From NCBI RefSeq assembly GCF_009914755.1, contig NC_060947.1: a stretch of 64,000 bases of DNA; one strand, written 5' to 3'. The stretch comes from the human T2T-CHM13v2.0 reference genome, Homo sapiens. Shown here in pieces: positions 26,059-38,849 of this stretch (position 1 is its first letter; each line of letters begins with the position of its first letter). The position numbers were made by a program, and so were the translations under genes. Below the pieces are notes generated by a model that saw only the letters and a list, made by a program, of their open reading frames with translations, did no database searches and had not been told where the DNA came from.

Positions 26059-26629
26059 TGTGTTGGTTTCCTAGTGCTGCTTAACAACTTACCACCAATT
26101 TACCAGCTTAAAACAACACATATTTATTTTCTCACAGTTTTTTTAGGCCAGGAATCTGGGCACAGCTGAGCTGGGTCCTCTGCTCAGGGTCTCACAAACT
26201 TGCAATCAAGGTGCCAGGGAGGTTGTTGCATTCTCACCAGATGCTCGACTGGGGAACATTCTGCTTCCAAGTTTCCTCAGGTTGTTGGTAGAATTCATTT
26301 CCTTGTGGTTGTAGGACTGAGGTCTCCAGCATCTTCCTGGTTGTTGGCTAGATGCTGCCCTGAAGTCCTGGAGGCTGCTGGCAGTTCCTGGCCATGTGGT
26401 TCTTTCCATAGGTGGTTCATGACATGACTGCTTACTCAAGGCTGGCAGGAAAGTCTCTCCAGTCCACTAAGATGGAATCTTATCTATTGAAATCACAGAA
26501 GTGATATCTTGTCACCCTTGCCATATTCTATTGATTAGAAGCAAACTACAGCTTTCACTCGCACTCAAAGGGAGGGGTTTATACCAGGGTGGGACTCCTT
26601 GGGGGCTACCTTAGGGTGTGTCCACCACA
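26059..26629 (-). mobile_element. MLT1F-like solo LTR
   Basis: TG..CA ends; GCTTAAAACAACACATATTTATT..CAGGAATCTGGGCACAGC..GCTGGGTCCTCTGCTCAGGGTCTCACA..GCAATCAAGGTG. Confidence 0.88.
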
Positions 26630-26736
26630 AATAATGAGAAATAGAGGCAAAAGCTGGGACACTGCATTGCTGTTTTTGTTTGAATCCTTCTGCTTCATTC
26701 CACATCCCCTCCACACAGTGCCTCATTCACCTTTGT

Positions 26737-26786
26737 GTGCCGGGCTCATAACAGAGGTGTAGTGCCGGGCTCATAACAGAAGTGTA
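26737..26786. repeat. 25-bp tandem duplication (2 copies, 1 mismatch)
   Basis: GTGCCGGGCTCATAACAGA(G/A)GTGTA twice. Confidence 0.95.
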
Positions 26787-27367
26787 ATGCATGGAGGGAC
26801 AGTGATCCTTCTGGAATAGGCTTCCTTTTGCTCCCCTCTCTGAAGGATGATGTTGGAGGCAAACGGGAAGGAGTAAAAGAGAAAACACTTTTCTTGTGCT
26901 GCCTCCCAAATAAAACGCCAAATAATGACATCTATAAAGTTATAAGAAAACTTCAAAATCATAAGAAAAATATCAGTCTCACTGCTTCCATCACATGACT
27001 GGGGAGAATCATGCTATTAGTGTCTGAAGAGTTTTTAAAAAATTATGAACAATATTTTTTAATTAACTTGAATCAAGAACTCAGTGAACATGGTGGTGAC
27101 TTTTGGTAGCTCTGTACCATTTTTGAAAATTCGTTCATCAATGTAGCTTTTAGATGCCACCATGGCCACAGCATGGAAAGTGAGGCAGTCCAGCATATAG
27201 TAGTAGAGACTGTCCACTGTACAACCCCAGGAGTGCTGTTTACAAAACCACACTGTCTGTCCCTCCCCCGGTTATTATTCCTAGTAAGAATATTGTGCAT
27301 ATTAATGGGGGGACATTTAACACAAAATTCCAACTGAGTTTTGGGGTCACCCTTAGAAGTTTTTGGG

Positions 27368-27490
27368 GCAGGTATGTTATCCTAACCCTACAGATGAGGA
27401 AACTGAGGTTGAAAGGTTTATATAACTTGCCTGGTGTCTAATAGTGTAAGGATCAGGGCCAGGGCTGGGACCCAAGACCAAGGATTTTCC
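27368..27490 (-). mobile_element. MIR SINE
   Basis: Core TACAGATGAGGAAACTGAGG..AACTTGCC. Confidence 0.8.
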
Positions 27491-27638
27491 CACAAAATTC
27501 CCACTTTACTCTTCATAGAGCTGGGCTTTTGCTTTGTTTTGACTTGTCCTGTCCACAGCTCTTCTTCAAATAAATCAGGGTCATCCACACAGCCCGTGAA
27601 GGTGGTTTCCCCTACAGGTGTCAAAAGTTCTCACCCTG

Positions 27639-28011
27639 TGATATGGTTTGGCTGTGTCCCCACTCAAATCTCATCTTGAATTGTAGCTCCCATGATCTTA
27701 ACATGTCGTGGGAGGGACCTGGTGGGAGGTGATTTAATCATGGGAATGGTTACCCTCATGCCGTTCTCGGGATAGTAAGTAAGTTCTCAGGAGATCTGAT
27801 GGTTTCATAGAGGGCTTTTCCTCCTTTTGCTCAGCACTTCTTGCTGCCACCATGTGAAGAAGGATGTGTTTGTTACCCCTTCCGCCATGATTGTAAGTTT
27901 CCTGAGGCCTCCTTAGTCATGCTGAACTGTGAGTCAATTAAACCTCTTTCCATTATAAATTACCCAGTCACGGGTATGTCTTTATTAGCAGCATGAGAAT
28001 GGACTAATACA
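27639..28011 (+). mobile_element. THE1 (THE1C/D-like) solo LTR
   Basis: TGATATGGTTTGGCTGTGTCCCCAC...GGACTAATACA, 373 bp; 5-bp TSD CCCTG/TCCTG. Confidence 0.95.
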
Positions 28012-28909
28012 TCCTGTTAGAAATTCTTCAACCAACCCTAATCTACAAAACAGTGGTTAGAAAACTGCATTGCCCTCTAGCATTGAAGCATGTGGTTCTA
28101 CATGCCCATTAAGTGGTGACTTGTTCACCTTTGGGTATCTGTCTCATAGCAGCTGGGTGGACAATAATCTTTCTAGAATGGGCTTCCCTTTGCTCCCCTT
28201 TCAAAAGGACACTGAGCTTAGAATTTGCCAGCTACCTGGCATCTTGAGCAGAATTCATGTTTTTTAGTTCAGCAAACATTTATTGGGCCCGGTGTTTTAA
28301 TTGCTGAGCTAAGGGAAAGCTAAGGAAATGAGGGCTTTTTAAATCCTGTCATCAGGGATTTTAAGTTGCCTTCTCAATCTCCTAGAGTATGATCATGCTG
28401 TCCCCAGTACCATAATGATTCCATGCTGGACACATGATTAATTCTGTTAGTAGTGGCAGGCTCCACTGTATCTTCAGGGAACGTATTTTTCTTTTTGGCT
28501 TTTGCTAGTCAAATGTGGTTAAAGAATCAATGATGGGAATTTAAGAGAGTTTTTTTAAAAAAAACACACATTAGGAGAGAAAAATATTTGGTCAGCTTTT
28601 CAAAGTGGAAATAACCATGGGGGAAAGTGCTGTAGCAGGTATTTCCTTTGATTTTTTTTTTGAGCTTATACTGCATATGTACTTTAGAAGTAGAACCAGA
28701 AAGGAAATGTGAACGGAAATTCTTTGTCTAGGGTTTATCACATGAATACGAAAAGAATGACAAAAATTATCTATACGTTGACTGCTGCTCTCTTGAAATA
28801 TCTGCAGTTTTCATTTGATTACCATTGTTAGTCTAATATAATTTAATTGTATTTAATAGCTGGCAAGATCTGCATTGAGTATAATTACCCATTGTTCCAG
28901 CATGATCTG

Positions 28910-29292
28910 TTAGATTTTTGTTCAGCAAATATTCTTTCCCCTTGCCCCTTTACCCCAACACCTCCGTAGAAGGATATTTCTCTACCCTATTGGGTTTGGC
29001 CGTGTGATCAGCTTGGACCAATGGAATGAGGGTAGAAGAGATGTCTTAGTTCTGAGGCTAAGTCTTCAGAAGATCAGCTCTCTGGGAGCTTCTGACGTCT
29101 GCCATGAGACATATGCCCAGGTAGTTGCCACTCCTTCAGCCTAAGTCCCAGAATAAGATGTATGCAGCACACTTGGATTCAACCTGCCATCTGAAGCAGA
29201 AGCCATGAGCAAGCCATGAAAAAGAACCGACTGTCATTGCATATGATGCCACTGAGCTTTCATGTCAGCATATTTCATAGCTAATGTAACAC
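28910..29292 (+). mobile_element. MLT1 LTR (old subfamily)
   Basis: TTGGGTTTGGCCGTGTGA..TTGGACCAATGGAATG..GTTCTGAGGCTAAGTCTT..GCCACTGAG..ATAGCTAA. Confidence 0.65.
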
Positions 29293-29347
29293 ACCTAATG
29301 ATAGCATGCCCACAGATGTTACAAGAAAACGGTGATTAATCTTCTCC

Positions 29348-29537
29348 AGTACTTCTCAGTCTTGAAGCTCCGTTTAGAGTCACCTGGAGGATTTGTGAAA
29401 CACAGATTCCTGGGTCCAACCCCAGAGAGTGTAAGTCAATTGGTCTGGGTTGGGACCTCCCCCGCAATTTGCATTTGTAACAAGTTTCTTGGTGCTGCTG
29501 GTGCTGCTGGTCCAAGGACCCACTTTGAGAATCACTG
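29348..29537. mobile_element. MER5A MITE
   Basis: TIRs CAGTACTTCTCA / TTTGAGAATCACTG; AGAGTCACCTGGAGG..CACAGATTCCTGGG. Confidence 0.88.
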
Positions 29538-30491
29538 ATAGAAATCACTGGATACTAATGGGATTAACCATTTTCAGCAGATATGCTGCACAGATAGAAA
29601 TGATTGAGCTCTTTAGATATAGCTACTTTTTGATATGATATGAGCTGAGAACAGAACCAACTAGTTAGAGGAAATAGACCACAATGGAGAGAATACAAAT
29701 AGTACTGGTGGTAGAGTGGTGGAGTGGGAGAATCTTGTAAAAATGGATTTTGGCCTCTGAAGGAGTGGAATACAAGGCTCTGAACACAATAATCTAGGGG
29801 AGTAGTCCATGCAGACCCAGGCACTAAGAGGCCAGATTGGAGGTGGTGGTACTTCGACTGGTATTTTAGTCTTGTTAACAAAACTTTTATTTATGTTCTA
29901 GTCTGGAGACATGGAAGATAGGATTGGAAAACTTGGGCTTATTGGGTCACTTTTAAAATACACAATAAAGACCATGAACATGGGCATCTTTACATTAGCA
30001 TGAAAAACGAACAACTTAAGGAATCATCTGGAAGTTTTCAAACATCTGCAGACTTGGCCTCATGTGGATTTGCCTGAAAACAAGCGTGTAATTGGAAATG
30101 GGAAGAGACAAGTCTAAAACATTAACTGTTGGATCGTCTTGAGCATTCTGCTGTCAGTGTAGATGAGGTCCCAGCGGCCTGATGCTGACGTATTTATTGA
30201 TACAATGAGAGGCAGGAAGCTGATCACAGCTTGGCCAGGCACAATTCCCAGGAAAAGGAGTAATGAAATCAGATCACTTATTTGTAAAGTACATCCAGCT
30301 TTGAATTACATGGATTCCCCTGATAGCCTAAATTAGTTATATAAAATAGAATATTTTATAGAAATCACTTGATAGGTAGATGGTCAATTTGAGTTTTGAA
30401 TTAATATTAGCCTTATTTGTATTTACCAATAACCTATTTTGAAAACAGCCGTCACTGATCCAACTTAAACCCCCATCTCCTGAACTCTAGA

Positions 30492-31130
30492 ACATTGCCT
30501 CTCAAACTTTGCAGCTTGTTAGATGTCCAGGCCACACTCCAGACCAAGTTCATTAGAATCTCTGGGGGCAGGACCCAGGCATTGGGATTTTTTACATCTT
30601 CTCAGCAGATTGCAAGAAGTAGCCTTGTTGGGGTACCAGTACTTAACTTGCTATTCAGAGTGGTGCTTGCATTGGCAGTGTTGGCATCTACTGGGAGTTG
30701 GTTAGAAATGCAGTCTCAGGCTGGGCGCGGTGGCTCACGCCTGTAATCCCAGCCACTTTGGGAGGCCAAAGCGGGTGGATCACCTGAGGTTGGGAGTTCG
30801 AGACCAGCCTGACCAACATGGAGAAACCCCGTCTCTACTAAATATACAAAATTAGCCGGGCGTGGTGACTCATGCCTGTAATCCCAGCTACTCGGGAGGC
30901 TGAGGTAAGAGAATCGCTTGAACCTGGGAGGCCAGAGTTTGCAGTGAGCCGAGATCACGCCATTGCACTCCAGCCTGGGCAACAAGAGTGAAACTCCATC
31001 TCAAAAATAAAAAATAAATAAATAAAATTGAGAAAAGCAGTCTCAAGCTCCTCCCTGGACCTACTGAATCAGAATCTACTTTGTAACTAGGTCCCAGGTG
31101 ATTTACTTGCACATTAAAGTATGGATAGAA
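30492..31130. mobile_element. Two adjacent MER5-family MITEs, the second interrupted by AluSp
   Basis: CTCTCAAACTT..AGAATCTCTGGGGGCAGGACCCAGGCAT; GCTATTCAGAGTGG..GTTAGAAATGCAG | GGACCTACTGAATCAGAATCT..CCCAGGTGATT..GCACATTAAAGT. Confidence 0.75.
30719..31030 (+). mobile_element. AluSp
   Basis: Diagnostics CCTGACCAACATGGAGAAACC and GGCAACAAGAG; TSD AGAAATGCAGTCTCA / AGAAAAGCAGTCTCA. Confidence 0.95.
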
Positions 31131-31242
31131 GTCACACAGGACAGTGGCAGGTTTCCACCCACCATGGGCCCCAGCTCTGTGGACCCTTTCCTAACTTCTA
31201 AGCAAAGTGGATCTCTGTACCTGGCAAAAAGCAGAGCACTGA

Positions 31243-31818
<576 letters not shown>

Positions 31819-31846
31819 TAATCTGCAGGTGGTGTTTCTTCTACCC

Positions 31847-32647
31847 CAGGGGTTGGCAACCTTTTTTTTATAAAGGGCCAGATAGTAAATATTTTTGTCT
31901 TTGTGGCCATATGGTCTCTGTCACAACTATTCAACTTTGCCATTGTAGCATGAAAATAGCTGTAGACAATACTCAAAAGAATGGGCATGGCTGTGTTTCA
32001 TTACAATTTATTTTCAAAGACAGGCAGTGATTCTACTGCTAGGTACATTCTGAAAAGAATTGAACACAGGTACTCAACCTAATCTTTGTGCACAAATGTT
32101 CATGGCAGCACTATTCACAATAGCCAAAAAGTATAAACAACCCAAATCCATGAATAAATGAATGAATGAATGAATGAATAAACAAATTATGGTATATCCA
32201 TACAATGGAATATTATTCAGTCATAAAAAGGAATAAAGTACTGATCCATGCTAAAATATGGATGAACCTCAAAATCATTATGCTAAGTTGAAGAAGCCAG
32301 ATGTTAAAGGTCATGTATTGTATGATTCCATTTATATGAAATATCCAGAATAGGTAAATCCATAGAAACAGATTGGTGGTTGTCAGGAGCTAGGGGGAGG
32401 GGAATGGGGAGTAACAGCTCATAGCTATGGAGTTTTCCTTTGGGGTGATGAAAATGTTTTGAAACTAGAAAGAGGTGGTTGCACAACACTGTGAATGTAA
32501 TAAATACCACTGAATTGTTCACTTCAAAATGGTTCCTTTTATATTATGTAAATTATACTATAATAAAAAAAAGTTAACAAAACAAAGCAAAACAAAACCA
32601 GGCAGCTGCTAGATTTGACCCAGGGAGTCTTAGTTTGCTGACTCCTG
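31847..32647. mobile_element. MER58A MITE split by an L1MB insertion
   Basis: CAGGGGTTGGCAA..AAGGGCCAGATAGTAAATATTTT at the left; AGATTTGACCC..TAGTTTGCTGACTCCTG at the right. Confidence 0.88.
32028..32592 (+). mobile_element. L1MB 3' end (5'-truncated)
   Basis: GCAGCACTATTCACAATAGCCAAAA, TGTATGATTCCATTTATATGAAATATCCAGAATAGGTAAATCCATAGA, A-rich tail; TSD CAAAGACAGGCAG / CAAAACCAGGCAG. Confidence 0.9.
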
Positions 32648-33486
32648 CTGTCCTCCATTCAGACCCTGCTTGATGGTTGATAGACTCTCCAGCTCCACCA
32701 AGATCCTGTTTCCAAGTCTTCTCTGTTAACAGACATTATATAGCCACATGCTCAAACTCTACCCAGTCGCTCTCATTTCATCTCTGTAGCTGCATGGACT
32801 CCCTTGGGTCCTGGCCTGGTCCTGACTCTCCAAGTTGGGAAGGAGGCTCCACATCTACTCTAAAGCGTCTTCCATTGTGCCTTGTAGGCTTTGGAACTGA
32901 CCTTGCAGCAGCCTCCTTTCTCTCCATGGGCTCTTCATGCCTTAAGCACCTTCCCTAGCTAGTGTGAGACTTGGCACCTCTCTTTGGTTAAGCTCAGCAT
33001 CTTCGTCCCAGCCAGCTTTTAGGCTTTGACTCTGCCAGACTTGATGACAGACAGACAGACAATACATCCTAATTCTCTTGGAATCAGCACAGTCATAAAC
33101 TGACTTCCTATTTTTTTTTTATGACAAGGGGGCTCTCACTTAGTTCTTGTTTCTTCTCCAAGGAATGTTAGTTCATAGGTTGATCTTAAGACCTATTGAT
33201 GCTTGGCCTATACCAAGCACAGTGAATGGCCCAAGACTACCCTGTGTAAGAGTGATGAGTCTGCTGAAATAAAGGATAGTATCAGCCCTGCTAATTCTAC
33301 CTTTGTGATCTTTGTGCAACATGTAACACCAGGCCTGAATTTTTTTTTTTTTTTTGTCACTGAAGAGCACCTGACTCTCTTATGTATTTCTTCTGTTGGT
33401 ACCTGAATTAAATTGGTTATACAGTAATAACTGTATAAATGGTAAACCTCGACACTAATAGAAGTATTATCAACTAAAGAATTACC

Positions 33487-33578
33487 TCAGGAAAGTAATT
33501 TATGGTTTTATATTAAGATTGTATTCTACATATCAGGAAAGTAATTTATGGTTTTATATTAAGATTATATTCTACATA
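33487..33578. repeat. 46-bp tandem duplication (2 copies, 1 mismatch)
   Basis: TCAGGAAAGTAATTTATGGTTTTATATTAAGATT(G/A)TATTCTACATA twice. Confidence 0.96.
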
Positions 33579-33628
33579 TACTAATAATAGACATACTTTA
33601 CCAAACCTGAGAGCAATGTCCTTCTCCC

Positions 33629-34688
33629 TGTATTAGTTAGGATAACACTTTAGTCTATGATGTGCCAACAAATAAACCTTGAAATATTAGTGACAACACG
33701 ATAACATTTTCTTGCATCACAGACTGATGCAGATCAGGACACGCTCTACCAAATGATGACTCAGGGATCTGAAATAGTTCCATCTTAGTTTTTCACCTGG
33801 AACATAATCTAAGTCTTAGATTGTTGCAGTGACAAACCCCCAGTGAATTATGCCTCCTTTTAAATTCTTTCTCCCATCACCTTTTCTAGTCTCCTCCACA
33901 TGGATTCTTTTTACTAAAATCTATTCCTGTACCTCATGAAGAGCCCTAGCTAGTCTGCTGGAGGATGAGACCGTATGGAGCAGAGATAAACCCTCCTAAG
34001 TTCTGAGGCCCTCTTGATCAACCCATTCTTTAGTCAATCCCAGCTTTATACAGCCACATGAGTAATCCCAAACAAAATCTATGGAAGAATTGCCCAGCTG
34101 AGCCCTTCTCAAAGTGTTAAACTGCAGAATCACAAGCAAATAAAATACTGTTGACCCCGGAACAACATAGGTTTGAATTGCTCAGGTCCACTTATACACT
34201 GATTTTTTTTCAACCAAACATGGATTGAAAATACAGAATTTGAGGGATGTGAACCTTCCTATAGGGAGGGCCGGTGTTTTGTATAGGCAGATTCTGCAGT
34301 GCTGGCTGAGGTCTTGATTATGTGGGGATTTGGGTATATATGGGGTTCCTGGAACCAATCCCTTGTGTATACCAAGACATAACTATAGTTGTTTTTGTTT
34401 TAAGCCACTAACTTTTAGAGTGATTATTATGCAACAGAGATGGACTTATAGACACAGCCTCCAAGAATTTTTATATTCCTAGCAAGGAAGAGAAGGTTAA
34501 AGGGTTTCATGAGATGTTTTTAAGGACTAGAAGGAAAGTAGCTTCCGTCACTACTTATCGGATTCTATCGGCCAGAACTTAGTCATATGGCCCCATTTAA
34601 CTGCAAGGGAGGCTGGGAAATGCAGACTTCTTGTATGCCCAGGAAGAAGATATAGTGTGGTGAACCCTGCATTAGTCTCTGTTGTACA
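33629..34688. mobile_element. Nested MLT1 LTRs: outer minus copy interrupted by a plus copy (~33822-34455)
   Basis: Outer TGTATTAGTTAGGAT...GGCCAGAACTTAGTCATATGGCC..AACTGCAAGGGAGGCTGGGAAATG..ACA; inner GCTAGTCTGCTGGAGGATGAGAC..GCCCAGCTGAGCCC..TTTAAGCCACTAA. Confidence 0.7.
34148..34385. mobile_element. MER8 (Tigger-family MITE)
   Basis: CTGTTGACCCCGGAACAACATAGGTTTGAATTGC..GGTCCACTTATAC..CCTGGAACCAATCCC; TA flanks; 238 bp. Confidence 0.88.
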
Positions 34689-35009
34689 TCCATACTACCT
34701 ACCATAGCTGCTCATATCTGCTTTTCTCCATATCAACATCTTACAGCCAACCCCCATGTGTAAATAAGCAGAAAGAAGAAACAGGCCACATTCAATTCAT
34801 TTTAGGTTGATCTTTTGTTATGAGGCTGATAACCAGAATACCATAAAAGCCAATGCTCTGAGAAGAGGAGGAGTTATTTGGTGAGATGAGAAGAGATTAC
34901 AGAGATGGAGAGGGGACTGTGATGATGTGCTCCAAAAGCTATTTAATAAAACTCCTTCCCTTGAGGGGTACCATTATACTCAATTCAAAACAAAACAACT
35001 AATATTTGT

Positions 35010-35290
35010 CAAACATTTGTTAAGAGGATGGAGCCAACTTTGATACACCAGAACAAACAGAACTATGTAAGACAGGTTCTGCTTTCAAGAATGTTTTATT
35101 CTGATATGAAGATAAGACACATACATGAATAATTGTAACACAAAATAGAGTTTGAGAAATTGCATGAGACAAGCACACAGTATTTGGAAGGTGGTGGGAG
35201 CCAAAATACAGAACTATGGTGTAGTTGCATGAGTCAATGAGAAAAGGCTTAATAAAAGGTGTCATATTCAGGTGAGTCCTGATGACATCT
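35010..35290 (-). mobile_element. L2 3' fragment
   Basis: AAACATTTGTTAAG..TAAGACAGGTTCTGCTTTCAAGAA. Confidence 0.5.
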
Positions 35291-38200
35291 GCTAAACATA
35301 ATGACAGATAAGTTGTAAGCTTTAAGGTACTGGGGACCATTACACATCCCCTTCCCTTTAGTAGCTGGGACCTCTCTGGATTCCCCAGGAGAACATAGTA
35401 GAGACAGAGCACAGTCTGGCTTGGGGTTGTTACTTTGCTGATCCAATGATGCCCCTCAGCATCATTGGAGGAGGTGATGCAGTATCTCCAGCCCAACTCC
35501 AAGGCATAAGTAATTAGCAGCATGTCATAGATTCATCCCTATCTACCATATAACCTGTTTTCATAGCCCTCCCCAACTCTATCACTCTAACAACCCACAT
35601 CCTGCATCCTGCCATAAGTTGAGGGGTTGCATCTATGAAGATTGGAAGGGTAAGCCTCCAAATTATAATTTTACCCTCAATTCAACAGTTATTGAGGGTC
35701 TTCTTTGGGCTCTTGGAAATGAGATATATGCATTACCTCTCCGTGTTTACAAAACAGAGCCCCAAAAGGATCCTGACATTCCTGCCAATTTGTCTTGGAG
35801 GATAACATTTGGATTCATATGTTTCCTATATAATAACCACCAAGAATATACACATTCTAAGAGTCTTATCTCAAATGTTTAAAGAAGATCGTTCTGAGCA
35901 CAGGAAGTCAATAGAGCCTTAAATATAACAGGATGTAGGATGCTTTAGGGAGCAAATTAATCATCACAAGAGGACTGACCCAAAGAGATAGAAGGAAAGA
36001 AGAATCTCGATCACATAATTTTGAGATTTCTACTTTACGTTAAGCTGGGTGCCCCCAGTTCTGATTGATTGTCTTTTTTGCACCTCTCCAACATTTCTCA
36101 GCTTCTTAGTCCCGTTTCTAGTGCCCAAGTCAGGAATTAGAATAGAATTTGGAGGTTATCACCTAACTGTACCCTCAATGTTGCTGTGGTGGTTTCATCA
36201 CTCATCACTAAGAGAATCTTGGAATCTGAATCCAATTTTCCTGTTATAAACCAGGAGAAGTTGTTACTGGTGCATTTATGGCTTTCTGGACATTTTTTCA
36301 CAGGCCCTGAGGATGTTAGCTTACTTTAATGTAAAAATACTTGTTAGTTTGTTCCTCAGTCACTCATCTGGGTCATGGAGAGAAGATGGGAGAACCACAG
36401 GGCTAGAAGGGGACGTTGTCCACTCTCTTAGCCAAGTGACCATTTCTTCAAAAAAAAAAAAAAAAATCCAGGTGTCCCATATGGGCCAGAAGAGCAGCTC
36501 AGTTTGGAAATGAGTAGCTGGTGGTAGGCAGACCCAGCCTATTTCTACCTGGCTTCATCTCCTGATGAGATGCAGAGGAACACCATCCAGCCTCCCAGTT
36601 CAACTGCCACCAACTTTGGAAGAGGAGACCCTCAACTCCCTCATACCCATGCATCCCCTAGGATTTTCTGAGAATCCCCAAAGATTCTCAGAATCTTTGC
36701 ATGCAACCACATGCAACCACAAGGCAGTCTATCTGCTGCAGTCCCCATGAGCATCTCCAATTTTTCCTCTTTGGCTCTGCATCTAACTTATTCATTCATT
36801 GCTCAGAAAGCCACTGGAGACATTTTATAGCTGGTATGACCACACTTTCAGAGACTTGTGTCTATACCACCAAAGGTATGATCTCCAGGTGCTTCCCAAA
36901 CTTCAAATTCTCTAGAGTTGGGTTTATTCAGATGTGAGGAGAAGGGATAAAATTATAGATTTTTAAGGCCAAAGGAGGCCTTAATTCAGTTCAATTCACA
37001 GCAAGGAAATTTAATGAAGTTCAATAATGTGGACTAAATGGGTGTTAGAAGATATAGGCAGGAATAAGACCCTCAAATTCCCCTTACATGAGTGTGCCTG
37101 CCCAAGGGCTTGCCTAGCTTACTGCCTGTATATGGTGCTGCTGAGCTTTCCTTGTCATTTTTTCCTGTGGGAGGTGGAGCATGATGTTGGTTCTCTTCCC
37201 GTAAGTGGCACAATGTGATAGCACTGAGGAATCACAGTCTCATTTCTGGATGAAGGCATCTTGCTTATATTAATTTCAAAGCCTCATGAGGTCAGTGTCG
37301 AAAATTCTCTAAAAAAAAAAAAAAAAATCAGTTAACCACAATTCAGACCTGGCGTTTCCTAATATTGGTATCAGGAAATACTAATAGAAATAAATCTGTA
37401 CAAAATTGCTCTCCACTCAACACCAAAGCTTCTATCTTAATAATTATTATACCATTCAGTTTTTCCATTAACTTCCTGCCCACCTTCCCAACAACCTTAA
37501 AAAAATACTTCTTGGTTCCTTTAGTAAGAGAAAATTTTATTTTATTTGCAAAAGTGACAGACACATAGACATATTTACTGTAAACTATTTTAAAAGTTTT
37601 TGAATTCAGATAAAACAATGCACAGGAAACACATATTCACTGAAGAGCTGAAGTCAACACATTGAAGAGAAACACTGTGAAAGAGGCTGGTTTGAGGTTC
37701 AGATTACAGACTTGCTGCCCGTGGTTTGAAGTTCTAAGATGGAAAACTGAAGGCCCCTATGCTTTCACATGTCATGATTTCTCCATCATTATTATAATTT
37801 ATTATTGTATTAAAATACTAACAGAAAAAGTAAAGCCTTTTTTCTGGATAGTGAAGCCCTGCCCATCTTGGTCCCACAGCACAGTTGCTGGTGCAAGGCT
37901 GAGGAGATAAAGGAGATTAGCCTGTCACTTCAGGAAAACAGTACATGGACACACAGAAAATGGATAATGTTAGCATCTTTTCCAAACAGTTTGCATCAAA
38001 GAACATCCATTGGGAAGGAAGGATGAAAATGATTACTACTGGAAGCCAATTTAATTTTATTTAGTTTGTTTGTAATGGAGAGGGGTTGTTTGAAAAAGGA
38101 GGTTTAAAGGAAAAGAGGTGGTAAAATTATAGAAAGACTAAGCTGAAAAAGAACTTGCTGAGGTTTAGCAAATTTCCTTAATTTAATCCATGTTCAACTC

Positions 38201-38849
38201 AATTGAATAAAATCAACAAACATTCACTAAGTCTACTATATATCAGCCCTGGGGATGCAATGATAAGACCCAGTTTGCCTTCAAATATCTCAGTCCTTGG
38301 GCGAAGAGACTCAACCTGGAAATCTGAAGTGACTTATATAAGTTTTACAGCTAGTCAGTGGTAAAAGCCAAACTAATGTCCCAGCCTCATGACTCTTGGT
38401 TCAGCAATCTGACACCCAAACTATGTTTTTTTATAGCAAGTCAGAGAAAAACACTGGTAAACTCATCCAAGTATTCAGATATTTCATCTATGCAATGCTT
38501 AAAAGAAACCAGCTAAATGTTCTTCAAGATACTAAATATGAGAGGTGAGATTCTATAAAAAGGGAGAAGAAGGATGAAGGTAATAACAATACCTAAAAAG
38601 TTTTGTGGATTTAGACATTGGTGTCAGTTGTATGTGATAATCACTGAATTTCCTGACTTGAAGGAGTTATAGTCTCAGTAATAGTTACAGTAATTATAAC
38701 AGTAAACATCATATAAGGAGATAATACTTCTTGTGTGCATACTATATATCAGTGACTGTAGTAAAAGGAATGACTTAAATAAATCATTTAAGTTTAAAAA
38801 TAAAACAATAAGGTGTTATAATTATCTCCATGTAAGAATTAGCTCTAGC

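Noticed and set aside
24758-26629. MLT1 provirus (LTR-internal-LTR)
   Set aside because: No polypurine tract or MLT-internal-like start, and the copies are too similar for MLT1 age; treated as a later local duplication
35020-35523. 167-aa ORF
   Set aside because: Overlaps an L2 fragment and has no recognisable domain
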